A stretch of DNA of 63,504 bases, the filler included, from Lenisia limosa (Eukaryota; Protista; Breviatea): the NCBI GenBank assembly GCA_001655205.1. It is 15 parts of 15 records of this genome, joined end to end, with 100 filler letters (N's around TTAATTAATTAA, not from the genome) between each part and the next. Parts side by side here need not be neighbours in the genome. Positions count along the whole stretch, not along the records: positions 1 to 6,300 come from LPNZ01005421.1; positions 6,401 to 9,849 come from LPNZ01002471.1; positions 9,950 to 11,300 come from LPNZ01010206.1; positions 11,401 to 14,687 come from LPNZ01005028.1; 11 more parts are not named here. One strand, written 5' to 3'. Position 1 is the first letter of the stretch. Each line of letters starts with the position of its first letter. Below the pieces are notes generated by a model that did no database searches, was not told where the DNA came from, and saw only the letters and a list, made by a program, of their open reading frames with translations. The translations under genes were made by a program, and so were the position numbers. Shown piece after piece: positions 1 through 12,098 of the stretch.

Positions 1-302
1 GAGAAATAGAAGAAGAAAAAAAACCTTAAAAAGAAGAAAAAAAGAAAAAGAAAAAAAAAACCGGATCTTGCAAAAAAACCGGAATTTTGAACTGACGCAT
101 ATATTGTACCTGATGTTATCATATGATGTTTTATTTAGATAGTGTGTAATACAAGAATTAGCTGGGTATATTCTAGTAGTAGATCAATACAATATTGAAT
201 ACATGTACAGGTCTGTTTTCATAAGATCAGTTGCTGCTGCCAACAGATTTGATTCTGGGTTGTTTTGTTTCATACGTTTTCCCATTTTTCACCCTCCAAT
301 AG

Positions 303-3290
303 GTCAGCAAAGGTGACAATCCTGCCGTCCGCGCTACTCTGCTCTGAGGCTGACGTTATTGGCCACGAGACTCTCCTCAGAGGTTGTGGAGGTGGTGGAA
401 TTTATACTCATTCCTGCTTTATTACATCTTCGATACTTATAGATGCTTATCGATTTTGGATAATTCAATAGATACTGATCGACCTTGTTAATTCAGTAGA
501 TTCTGTCGCATTGGCAGCACGTGGCGATTGTCCTTTTTCTGAAAAATCCAAACTACTGCAAAAAGTGGGGGAGGGGGGGAATACCGTTCATTGCTACTGT
601 TATTATATAATATATGTGTTATAAGCGTGATGGTAGACGCGACCAGATAAAACCTTGTTTTATATATCATACCTCCCCGCGCGTCCCTTAAACAACCCCT
701 CGTGCATCCCATCTTATCTCAATTTTCCCATCCCTTTCATCCACCTCCACTCGATCCTCACTTCCCCACGGGTTTGTTTCTTTGTTTTTGACCCTTGTGT
801 TTTCCCAAAGGCTTTGCCAACAGAGTTGATTCTGGTGTTGTTTTTTTGTGTGTTTCATAATTTCCCATCACTCCTCTTTATCGAGGGAGTGTATTGTGTA
901 TTTGTTAAAAACATTTTCCAACTTTACCTCACCCATTTCCCTCACACCCCAGGCCGGGGCAGCTGCAATGGTGCTCATACCCACTGACGAGCTCACCTTC
1001 ACAATGACAGCAACTGTGCGTAAAGGGGGGATTTCGAAACGAAGGATGAAACAAATATGTGGGAAATGAATCGAAAATAAGCATTTATTAAATAAAGAGT
1101 CATGATAAACAGTGGGGGTGAGTGACATGTTTTGAAAGATTAGAATGTTTATGGGATGGAGAAATGGCTTCGAGGGATAATTAATTACCTTGTGTTTCAA
1201 CTCAAGATTTAGGAGGACGTTTCAAGAGCTTTGCCGTCCACAATGGTGAAAGCCTCGCAAGGATGGGGACTCTTTATCATGGCTCTTGGTAAGGGGGCAA
1301 ATAGGAATGATGCGTTCTTTTTTCTTTCCTTTGGTTGCTCAAGCAATAATCAAGAACTCAATAAAAACAGATAACAATCCTCAAAAAGTAAGTATACTGG
1401 CATCCCTGTGGTTCAAAAAGACCGTGCAAATATCAATATCACATTGAAGTTTTTTTCTGGATTTTGAACCATATTGCTCCCATTATCCCCAACCGCATGT
1501 TTTTTTTGAAAATACAAACAATAAAACAAAAATGGGAATACAAAAACAAACAGAGGATACCATTTACATATTATAGATATCATATACAGTTTTCACGATA
1601 TCAGGTTTCAATCGGCAGTCATTGGCTGTACACGTGGACCTCCATCAGGACAGCATTGGACTTCTTAAGGGGTCTTTGATGCGTGGTGTGGATGGGGCAT
1701 GAGAGCTTTGTTTTTGAATTCTGACTAAGGTTTCATTTGGTTTTAATTCGGGTCCGAATAACTTTCCAACCAGATCATATTTTGCATTTCTCATTGCTAT
1801 ATAACTGAACTAATAATATGCCGGCTATCGTTTAAAGCAGTCTCCAAACCAGCTCCATACGTAATCCCAACATTTTTTCAAAAAGAGCAAAGAACCTGAG
1901 CAATGAACATTTTTATTGGGGCTCCGTGCAATTAAGAAAAATTAATCTCAACATTGAAATGGAACGTATTGTAACAACCCCATTTCAGACATATAATTTT
2001 TAATCTTGTCAATTAATTTCTTCAAAAAAATAATTGAACTGGGCCGAGTTGAATTCTGTTTTAGTGGTCTGATTAAGGATATATAAAGGGGGAGGGAGGG
2101 TAAAGTGAGGAAGATGTTTAACTTTTCAGACACAATGGATTGGGATCTCGAAGACGCTGAAGACCTTTCGGATGAGGCGCATGGACACAATTGGATTCGT
2201 GACCATGATAATGTGGGGTGATAGGGAATGATACTTGTGAAGGGGGGAGTGAGCAAGAGAAATAATATATGATATGATATACATTAGAAATCTAAGAACT
2301 TAAACAAATACATAGGGATACCATAAACAAATGACCATATTTGAGGGGGGTTAAAATCTGTTTCCTTTAGTTCACTTGGTTGTACCAATAACAGCCATCC
2401 CTAGAACGCCATTTTGTCGGAATTGGCTGTGCTATGGCCCGATATTTCCTCGTCTTGGCGGGACCACTGGACCACTGTGTTCAGGTCAGGGATTNNNNNN
2501 NNNNNNNNNNNNNNNNNNNNNNNNNNNNNNNNNNNNNNNNNNNNNNNNNNNNNNNNNNNNNNNNNNNNNNNNNNNNNNNNNNNNNNNNNNNNNNNNNNNN
2601 NNNNNNNNNNNNNNNNNNNNNNNNNNNNNNNNNNNNNNNNNNNNNNNNNNNNNNNNNNNNNNNNNNNNNNNNNNNNNNNNNNNNNNNNNNNNNNNNNNCA
2701 ACGACCCCGGTTAGTCAACATGTTTACTTTTCTGTCATTTGTTCAAAAGTTATTAACCGTATTCTTATTCTTATGCATTTTACACATTTCTCTTTGTGAA
2801 AAAATTCACATACAAGTTTCTTATCTCCATCCTTCAAACTCATAATAGTCTCTTACTCGCACTCCAGCCGAGGCCCATCTAGGTGCTCGGATATCATATG
2901 AGTTTCTCCCTCGATGTTTCCACCTGGGTGCTGAGCCAGCCAAAATCGTCTTGAAGGTGGGGTTAAAAGCATGTTATTTGAGACGGTGGTGAGGGTGGGA
3001 GGGGGGGGGGGTAANNNNNNNNNNNNNNNNNNNNNNNNNNNNNNNNNNNNNNNNNNNNNNNNNNNNNNNNNNNNNNNNNNNNNNNNNNNNNNNNNNNNNN
3101 NNNNNNNNNNNNNNNNNNNAGTAATATGACGTTTCCCACACATTAAATGCAAAAAAAATAGTCATAGGGATTCCTTTACACACAATTTCACCATAGACCT
3201 GCGTCACCGCTCAGGCTGTGCAAGGGGACGTGCTTCCTCCGAATGCAAAGGGTGAAATGTGTCAGCCAAACTCTGTACATCAACGGTGAG
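303..3290 (+). CDS. Multi-exon PA (protease-associated) domain protein, 5'-partial, 3' end uncertain
   Basis: Exons 303-382, 497-564, 953-1015, 1213-1288, 1605-~1682 splice in frame to ...VDSVALAARGDCPFSEKSKLLQKAGAAAMVLIPTDELTFTMTATEDVSRALPSTMVKASQGWGLF..., matching the PA motif (ALxxRGxCxFxxKxxxAqxaGAxavli ... iPsxmi). Further phase-plausible exons at ~2129-2212, ~2405-2485, ~2866-2956, ~3197-3285 (gaps prevent a full phase check). Confidence 0.75.
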
Positions 3291-5059
3291 GGGTGTTTCT
3301 GGAAATCTCAATGATATGAGAAACTGAGCCATTATAAATTGTCGGAATCCGAAGTCTAGTGTGAATACTGAACCTGGTAAGTTGTTATCAAGGCCACACT
3401 CGAGTACATTTGTAGTTCATTTTATGTCTTGTTCAAATACACAAGCTTTTTATATGTTCTAAATGAGCTTTTTTGTGTGCTATTTCAGTTCATGGGATAT
3501 GTTTCCGTCAAACACTTGAGATTTAAAACAAATAGTTCTTTTCTCATTTTCCAGGTCATGTATTGACCACAATGGTAGTAAGGCATGTATCACTTATGTG
3601 TGATGGCATTTTCTTAATATTGTTTTTTGAGAGCATCGTCACCTTGATGTTACTTTGCTTTGTTTTTTGTGAAATAGAGTGTTTCTTAGTCTGTCCGGGC
3701 TGAGAAGACTCCTCATTAAGAGCGCCTATTTACGTATTGTAATCAAATGGTGCATTCAGTTTTATCTGTGATTTTAGTTTGTGAAGCATCTCAAAACAAA
3801 AACAGGGGGGGAATAGTCGCAGATAGGTGCTGTGAAAATAATTTCCGTCAAATTCGAGTTTTTTTCGAACGGCTATATTTGATATAGTATAATATAAAGA
3901 TGTATCTAGCTGACGCCGTCCACATCTCAGAGATTACTATCTAGTATTAATTATTTGCCTACAACTCTGTGTAAGCTTTCTGCGTGCCTCCCCCAGCATA
4001 CTCTTACTTTATAATCCGCCCATAGACAATCTATTTTCAAAAATGATTTGACCCAGCGTGTGCATATCACTGTAAGTGTACCTCCTTACAATTTTGCCCG
4101 AGTCAATTTCGAATAACGTCCCNNNNNNNNNNNNNNNNNNNNNNNNNNNNNNNNNNNNNNNNNNNNNNNNNNNNNNNNNNNNNNNNNNNNNNNNNNNNNN
4201 NNNNNNNNNNNNNNNNNNNNNNNNNNNNNNNNNNNNNNNNNNNNNNNNNNNNNNNNNNNNNNNNNNNNNNNNNNNNNNNNNNNNNNNNNNNNNNNNNNNN
4301 NNNNNNNAAGTTTTTCTTGAGGTGTGGGGCGGGTAGCGGATCGATAAATCAGACCATTGTCTGAGATGGTGAGTTGAAGGTAAAATATCGAGTGAACATC
4401 TTAATAATTTCGAAGACTGAATTTCTCGAATCTCGAATCCATGAGAGGCCAATGTGTCGGTTATTCGGACAAAAATGAATACGTCGTATAATATACATAA
4501 ATAAGTTTATGTGCTCCCTCCTTTTCCCATATTATCTTCACGCCCTTGCCTGCCCCCCAAACGCGAGGGAATTATGAAGAACGGGTCGACGATGAGTGAA
4601 CGCCAAAAAAGACCCTAGGCCTGGGGGAGTTACAATAACAAAGGGGAACAAATATATCTGGAAAATATATCTTTATTGGCTCAGCGTTTGAAACTACTAA
4701 GGTTAAAAAAGCAGCTGGAATATGGGGGGGGGGGGGGNNNNNNNNNNNNNNNNNNNNNNNNNNNNNNNNNNNNNNNNNNNNNNNNNNNNNNNNNNNNNNN
4801 NATCCGGCCAACCTCCTTCGTGGTAGTAGCCAAGCCCTGACTCTCCACAACCTCCAAAAGGCAAGTCTCCAACTCCAAATTGGGCAATTGCCTAATTAGT
4901 AAAAGGTAAAAGTGCGAACCACATGTATTTCACCTGATATAGCCGAGCCAGCATCCAAGACAATTAAAAAACGTTATCTTACCTGACCAAAAGGAGCCCA
5001 ACTCACGTCATTGACGGCCATTGTTCCCGAAGAGCGCTGAGATGCTACAAACTCCACCA

Positions 5060-6050
5060 CCTGCGGGGTTAAATTGGAGGCTCAATACCGAGGATTGAAG
5101 TTTGTATTCAGTGGTTGTGCATCATTTCGATACGATCCGACCCTGGATAGGGTATCTCAAGTGCGTCCCTTTGGTCCAGAACTAACTCGATGTATACTTT
5201 CGATATTACTCAAAGATTTACCAAAAGAGACGGTCTACTATGTGCTTAATGGAAGATCTAAATATTAAATTGATGTTAATGTGACAAATTATAGACAACT
5301 TATGCATATCATATCAAATAACCCAGTTTACTAGTATGACCGAGCTTGTTGTCCAAATATACTAATCCAGTTTACAAGTATGACCGTGTACTTGTTGTCC
5401 AGAAACCAACCTTTTTGTCCTTGGTAAAAATGTAGAGCGCAAGAGGGGTGGGTTTATCTCTCATTGCTCGACCTGCTATCGTAAGAGGAGCAATGAACTT
5501 CGCATAACAAGTAAAATCTTTGACAGTTGTGGCCTTTTGTTTGATCATAAAACCGTATGATAACATCCTTTCACAACATTTCAGAGTAATATTTATTTAC
5601 TACATCCCCAATCCCCACAAGCGGCTTCCTTAGATTGGATTTTTATGACGGGGAGAACAGGACCAAAGATTTCCTCCTGCATGCACTGCGATGCTTCAGT
5701 TACGTCCACGAGGATGGTCTTTGGGGTCAGAATGGTATGTAGAATAGAATAAAAAAATGTTGAAAATATCACGCATGTATAGATAATACATAAAACAAAA
5801 GAAGAGTCTGATCATAGGTGAAAAAGAGATATTCCGGAAGCAGAATATAATTACAAGGCAGGAATAATTTAAAGCGAACAGATTCTTCGATTTTTCGAGG
5901 TTTTATCAGGGAGGAAACCCAACAATCTGGATGCCTCATCCCTTTCGACAACCGAATCCACCAAGCATACCGGCGCAATGTACTTGTTGTCAACGTCGAC
6001 AGTTCCTCCGGAGAAGACCTTTACAAACGGATCCGAAATCATTCGCTAGG
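5060..6050 (+). CDS. Probable exons of a hypothetical protein
   Basis: Open, coding-like blocks (VKLEAQYRGLKFVFSG..., FYDGENRTKDFLLH..., CLIPFDNRIHQAYRRNVLVVNVDSSSGEDLYKR) with GT donors; full splicing not resolved. Confidence 0.35.
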
Positions 6051-6344
6051 GTGGTCAATGATGGTGGTATTAGGGCTCTCACGGTCCAAAAAAGACCGTC
6101 GATATATCGTTCATTATCGACGATTTATCGAGAAATACAGTCCTTTTTATATTATTACAGGTCCCCAGTTGTGATACTAGTTTTCACTGTAATAAAATGG
6201 TGTCATGGATTAATGATGTGATATTGTGTATATGATGGATGATATTGTGTGTAGTAATGATGACGTTGGTATTGTGTTTTTTTTGGTTTTTTGATTCATA
6301 NNNNNNNNNNNNNNNNNNNNNNNNNNNNNNNNNNNNNNNNNNNN

Positions 6345-6356
6345 TTAATTAATTAA
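6345..6356. other. Artificial contig-joining spacer TTAATTAATTAA (first of 14)
   Basis: Always 44 N + TTAATTAATTAA + 44 N. Copies at 6345, 9894, 11345, 14732, 17262, 19367, 21747, 26748, 31213, 34029, 36204, 37842, 59729, 61097. Supplies stops in all six frames; genes are truncated at these points. Confidence 0.97.
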
Positions 6357-6843
6357 NNNNNNNNNNNNNNNNNNNNNNNNNNNNNNNNNNNNNNNNNNNN
6401 AGAGGAATGAACGAGGGCTCTAACCGAGTTCATCCCGAGGAACACTGCAACACAATCAAACGAGCCATTTCTTACAATTCCCGAGGGCGTCCTGAGTTTA
6501 TGACTAGGGCTTTTCGGTTTAAAAAAAGATTGAATTTCTCGATAAATCCTCGAAAATAATCGATATTTTTTTCCTGGGTTTTTTTCGAACCGAAAGGAAG
6601 CCAGCCCTATTTATGACCTTAATAGAGGAATTCGTTCCCTTGGTGGCCCTGAATTTAAAATTGAGTTCAATGCAAATTTGGCAGAAACCCCACTTGTCGG
6701 TGCCTCTTGTGCAGGTTCGATTTGTTTTTGTGTCACCCCACAGCTTTTTTTATTGAAAATGGATTTCTCATGGAAGAGGACTTTAATCATTTGGCTGTCA
6801 AAGACAAATCTCGGTAATATCAATTTATTTTCCTAACATTTAG

Positions 6844-7467
6844 GGAAGCCCTATCTAAAGTTTGTATTGCTCGTTGTGGGCATAACCTTGGATTGGGAGT
6901 GTTTGCAAAAGAAGATATTTCAGTGGGGGAACACCTTGGACACTATACTGGACTCATTGACAAAGAAAAAGAAAGCTGCAAGTACTCAGTCGTAGGATTA
7001 AGGTTTTCTTTTGACACCGTAGCCTTTGTTTGACCAATACTTTGTTAATTCAGAAGAAAATCGTAACCTTGGCAGCTTTTTCAATCATGATGATAACGCT
7101 AATGTTGAAAGTAAGATGATAAGTAGTGCTTCACTTAGATTCGAAAAAAGACTAAATTTCTCGATAAATCTTCGAAAATTATCGATATTTTACCGGTGTT
7201 TTTTGAACGGAAGTGAAGCCCTAATATAATGAACGTATATTATTTTTTTTAGTAAGCGTCTACGTGAAGGATGGTCTACCTTACTGTGGTGTTTTTGCCA
7301 AATGCAATGTCCCAAAAGGGAGGCAGCTATGTCTGTCATATCAAGACGATTGGTTTTCAGTAAGGTGTATACTGCTTAATTGTGTAGAAACGTGGTATTG
7401 AAAAGATATCCATCCTCGCAAGTGTTGAAAAAGAGTTACCAGGATGGCATCCTGAGTTGCTTGGTTG
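6844..7467 (+). CDS. SET-domain lysine methyltransferase-like protein (C-terminal exons; upstream exons from ~6401 uncertain)
   Basis: Exons 6844-6991, 7023-7110, 7253-~7360, ~7388-7467 give GLGVFAKEDISVGEHLGHYTG...YFVNSEENRNLGSFFNHDDNANVE...GVFAKCNVPKGRQLCLSYQDDWFSKRG. These correspond to SET motifs GxG, (R)FxNH and (E)LxxxY. Confidence 0.85.
7124..7223. mobile_element. MITE family A copy (hAT-type) inside SET gene intron
   Basis: TIRs TAGTGCTTCACTT.../...AAGTGAAGCCCTA with internal TCGA-rich core; another copy at 6505-6609. Confidence 0.85.
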
Positions 7468-7989
7468 AAGCAAAACTGTCGCGCCTTGCTGTGTCAGCTA
7501 CATCATCAAGTATTTAAGAGACCAATTAAGGATTCACATTGATTTGAGAATACGATACATTTCATTTTCATATCACAAAACCCCAGTTCAGTACAAAAAG
7601 TTGACTACTTGGCAAACCTAGGGGTATAGGTATAAACAAGTTTATTCCCCAAGAACACAGTATATTGTGTCTAGCCGCAAGTCAGGACGTTGGTTTTAGG
7701 ACCTGGTGGCTATCATAAGTAAATAATAATAGTATGATATTCCCAGATCACCTCTGGATCTTTCCGCGATCTTTCGGGCAGAAGACCCCCCGTGTGTGAC
7801 GGGAAGTATGATATAAATTGTGTTTTTAGTGGGGTTTTACAATGACGTCATGACATCATGGTGAATTTTGTGTCCTTTCCAAATCATCAATATCCCTTGA
7901 CCACTTTTTGCGTTTTCCCCTCACCCATTGGTTAACTAGTCAGTTCCAGCATCAGATAAGTCACAGATCCCCCCCCTCTCAAGTCACAA

Positions 7990-9250
7990 TGCTGTGGAGG
8001 CTGTGGATGGTTACCAAATGTGTCTTGGTACTTACTTCTATTATGTGGTTGGTTTAAGCTCATCTTAGCAGGACTATTATGTGTAATATGTATCTAATAT
8101 ATAATATTTAAGTGTGGATGAAACAACGGAATATGTGCGAAATGTGATGCTCACATGCGGATATGGTGATTAATAAGTGCGGACTATAGTGATTAAATTG
8201 ACCCCACAGCGCTCTTAGCACAGCAATGCATGTCACCCCAACCGGATCGTTTAATATGCTGGAATCCAGGATTCAGTATGCTGGGAGTCATGATTGATTG
8301 TTAGACTGAATTTCTCGATAATTTAGTTGGGGGGGGGGGGGTNNNNNNNNNNNNNNNNNNNNNNNNNNNNNNNNNNNNNNNNNNNNNNNNNNNNNNNNNN
8401 NNNNNNNNNNNNNNNNNNNNNNNNNNNNNAGACTGCATTTTTCGATAACTCCTCGAAAACTATCGATATTTTTCCGAACCGAAGTGTAGCCTTACGTACA
8501 AGTATTGATATGGAATGTAATGGCTGACTAAATTAATTCTTTTGAGCCCTTTTTTGGTTCTGTGTATATCATAAATAAATATAAGTTCCAATCTCATCTC
8601 GTTTAAGATCTTCGTTTGATGCTTTTGACGACTCGGACCTTGTCAACCTCGTACGTTTGTGTTATTATTCCTAGGGCTCCGTGTAATTAATTGAGAATTA
8701 ATTGTAAAATTTGAAATGAGACCTATTATCATGGGAACTTTAAAATTTTGTCGATTGATTGCTTTCAAACATTAACTGCACGGAGCCTTAATTATTCCAA
8801 TATCTTATAAGCGTGATGGGGTTGACGGCTTCAATGAGACACAACCTATTTTTATCTCATCGCAACCCTACCTTTCCCAAAAGACCAATTTCTTTATCAG
8901 CAACTTTTACTATTTTTACGATTTTCCGGATCTGGGGAGCTTTTATTGTTGGCTGTCTAGGAATATATAGTGACCCTGATAAGTCCTGACGCGATTGGCT
9001 CAAGAAAAACTCATTTCCCATGTCAGGACTTATCGTGATCAGTATAGCTATATTGCTTCTCTATTGTTTTAATTGATTATTATACAATAGTTGAAGAAGA
9101 AATTGGGTTTTAACCACTAAACAACGAAAAGAATTTCGTTTAAATAGCCGACCGCGGCATAGCAGCTTTCGAGGCGAAGTGAAGCACTAACAATTACCAC
9201 GTAGAAAACCCTCAAGACGGAACTGATTGTGCTGAAGGAGAGTATTGAGG
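7990..9250 (+). CDS. Hypothetical multi-exon gene
   Basis: Short AG...GT bounded coding-like blocks (HNAVEAVDGYQMCL; DAFDDSDLVNL; KTLKTELIVLKESIE); frame linkage not fully resolved. Confidence 0.35.
8672..8790. mobile_element. MITE family C (hAT-type) with perfect 8-bp TSD
   Basis: TIRs TAGGGCTCCGTGTAATTAAT / ATTAACTGCACGGAGCCTTA; ATTATTCC at 8664-8671 and 8791-8798. Other copies ~1917-2047 and 18625-18756. Confidence 0.85.
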
Positions 9251-9949
9251 TGAGCACTTGAGTGGGTTGAGCCATATTAACGTGATGGTGATGCGGTGCT
9301 GCAAAAGCNNNNNNNNNNNNNNNNNNNNNNNNNNNNNNNNNNNNNNNNNNNNNNNNNNNNNNNNNNNNNNNNNNNNNNNNAGGCTCAGACCAAATCAGTG
9401 AGCTGCTGTTGATGAGTAAAGATGTGTCAAGTAAAGATGAGTAAAGATGCGTACAATCTAATTAATTTCTTAATCTTTCATATCTCTAATTTACATTCCT
9501 CTCCATCTTGCTGTGAATTCTCGTAATCGCATACAGAGCACGGACGGATATGCCACGTTTGACTTTGGAGAGGTTCCCAGTGGGCAGACTCGACACATTC
9601 TTCCAATGTCTCGCCTGGTGTCTGAATCAGTATGATTGGGCAACATTATTTTCTTTCTCATCAAATATTTCTATGTTAACACATATCCACCAGTTAGATG
9701 ATCATATGACCGACTTTCGAGTCGAAATTATGAACGAAAATACTGACCTTGACTTTGTTTACTTTGTTATTTCCAACCGTCATGTGTTAGCCAACGTAGT
9801 TGAGTTTGGACTTGTTTTTTGTTGTTGTTTCATAATTTCTTATTTTTATNNNNNNNNNNNNNNNNNNNNNNNNNNNNNNNNNNNNNNNNNNNNTTAATTA
9901 ATTAANNNNNNNNNNNNNNNNNNNNNNNNNNNNNNNNNNNNNNNNNNNN

Positions 9950-11299
9950 GGCATGAATTCGCGTGGTAAAAGTGACCCTTCCAAAGTCATCAAAGGCATC
10001 ACACTCAGGTATGATAAGGGAAGAAGGTCGACAAATGAAACTGTCAGCTTCCTGAAATGTTTAAATATGGTATTTGTTCTAGGTGTTACCTTTCTTCATT
10101 CACCCCTGTGACCCCCCTTCTATTCTCACCCCCCCCCNNNNNNNNNNNNNNNNNNNNNNNNNNNNNNNNNNNNNNNNNNNNNNNNNNNNNNNNNNNNNNN
10201 NNNNNNNNNNNNNNNNNNNNNNNNNNNNNNNNNNNNNNNNNNNNNNNNNNNNNNNNNNNNNNNNNNNNNNNNNNNNNNNNNNNNNNNNNNNNNNNNNAAC
10301 AACACTGGCGCTACTGCGGACCAGGTTGGTATCATTTTAGTCCCGTTCGTCATTTATCATGAGTATTACATATCCTTCTTTTTTGATTTGGATGTTATCA
10401 GCATATCTTTCTCAAGCCAAAACAATGATGTTTCGCGGTCTTTTTGTTGCAGAAAAGGTATCGCTGACTTCTTAATAGAGCATTGACTTTGATGTGGAGT
10501 GTTGCGAGGCCCCCTCCAAGGCCTGGACAGCAGCCAACTGGGCTGTGAACAATGCTGATAACAGTTCAACGTTGGAGGGGGGGTATCATATCATATGTGT
10601 ATCACTATATACAGTGACCGGGAGAAGTCTTGGCCGATTTACTATGTGATTTCCCAAGGAAAATAGGTCAAGACTTAAACCGGTCACTGTATATGTTTGG
10701 GGGGAGATGAGGTGATTGTATTTGGGTATCAACAGTACGGCCAGCGTCACAAGAGAGATTTATATATATATATATACATCAAATACATTTCTCTAAGCCA
10801 TCAACATTTAGAAGTACAATAATTTCCGTGACATTTTCTATCTACTAACGCTAATTCGCTGCTATTTTTTTTTTTTTTATGTTAAGAGTTTCAGATTATT
10901 CGGTTTGTGATTGTTACCCTTATATTCTTCATCGAAATTCCTTCTTTTACCCCCCTCCCCCTCCTCTCCCCAGATTTGAGTGCTGTATCACCGATCTCAA
11001 TCGTGGCGCGAATTACACAGTTCGCGTGCGCGCCAAGGGTCAGTACAAGCCCTCGCCGTNNNNNNNNNNNNNNNNNNNNNNNNNNNNNNNNNNNNNNNNN
11101 NNNNNNNNNNNNNNNNNNNNNNNNNNNNNNNNNNNNNNNNNNNNNNNNNNNNNNNNNNNNNNNNNNNNNNNGGCCTGAAACATCAACATCAAGCATTAAA
11201 ACATCACAGATACCTATTTTATCTCAGGATAACTATTTCAGAACACACAGTCCTCCATCAGCACCTGCTAGGCCGGTCGTTGACAAGATCTCTACTACG
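9950..11299 (+). CDS. Fibronectin type III repeat protein, partial at both ends
   Basis: Exons read FDVECCEAPSKAWTAA..., FECCITDLNRGANYTVRVRAK (FN3 LxPxxxYxvrVrA pattern) and THSPPSAPARPVVDKISTT (start of next FN3 repeat). Confidence 0.75.
10612..10689. mobile_element. MITE family B (Tc1/mariner-type, TA flanks)
   Basis: TA|CAGTGACCGGGAGAAGTCTTG ... CAAGACTTAAACCGGTCACTG|TA. Related copies at ~8968-9044, 17388-17441, ~17925-17983, ~20920-21030, 25589-25620, 25671-25746, 36591-36661, 58047-58112. Confidence 0.8.
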
Positions 11300-12098
11300 T
11301 NNNNNNNNNNNNNNNNNNNNNNNNNNNNNNNNNNNNNNNNNNNNTTAATTAATTAANNNNNNNNNNNNNNNNNNNNNNNNNNNNNNNNNNNNNNNNNNNN
11401 GATATATAAATGGTGAGGCTTCGGCCATATATATATCTTTGTTTTATTTTTTATCTCTTCATAAACTATAATATGCTATTTGTATCTAACCACTCTAGAA
11501 GCATGGTGTTGCTTCACCCTTTTATGTATTTTTTTGAAATATAAATGTTATTGTTGAAGAGATGGCTACATGGGAACACGGGACGAAACTAAATGAAGTT
11601 AATTGGAATTATTTCAAATAGAGATCCTAAAACCCATGAATTTCTCAATATATCCTCAATAAATATCGACCTTTACGATACAATTGATACTAGAACTTGA
11701 ATACAATCCTTGGATTTCTTTCGCACGCTACAGCACATTTACTGGGATAGCTTTGTAGTATTTGGGCTTCATAAATTCCTTTGGGTTTTCCAAATAATTT
11801 CATTGGATTCCCAACTTTTTCATCAAAATCTCAAGTCGAGGCCACGGTGATATGGAAGTGATTTATGTCATAGTGGAATATCATCTCTTTAAGATGACTG
11901 ATAATCCAAATTCTCTTCTGTAAATTTTGCTCATACTTGACTCTTTAAACACGTATTCAATAGATGACATATTAATTATAATGATATCATCATTTTATTC
12001 TTACGGTTACTATTCAATTGCTCTCATAAAAACATCAAAAGATGTATTGACCCTCCCGCCCCGGGTCAACAATTAAGTCCACCCGTAGTGGAGCGGGA

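Noticed and set aside
7124-7223. MITE A as an introner (intron-generating element)
   Set aside because: Element ends do not coincide with GT/AG; copies lie inside introns with unique flanks on both sides.
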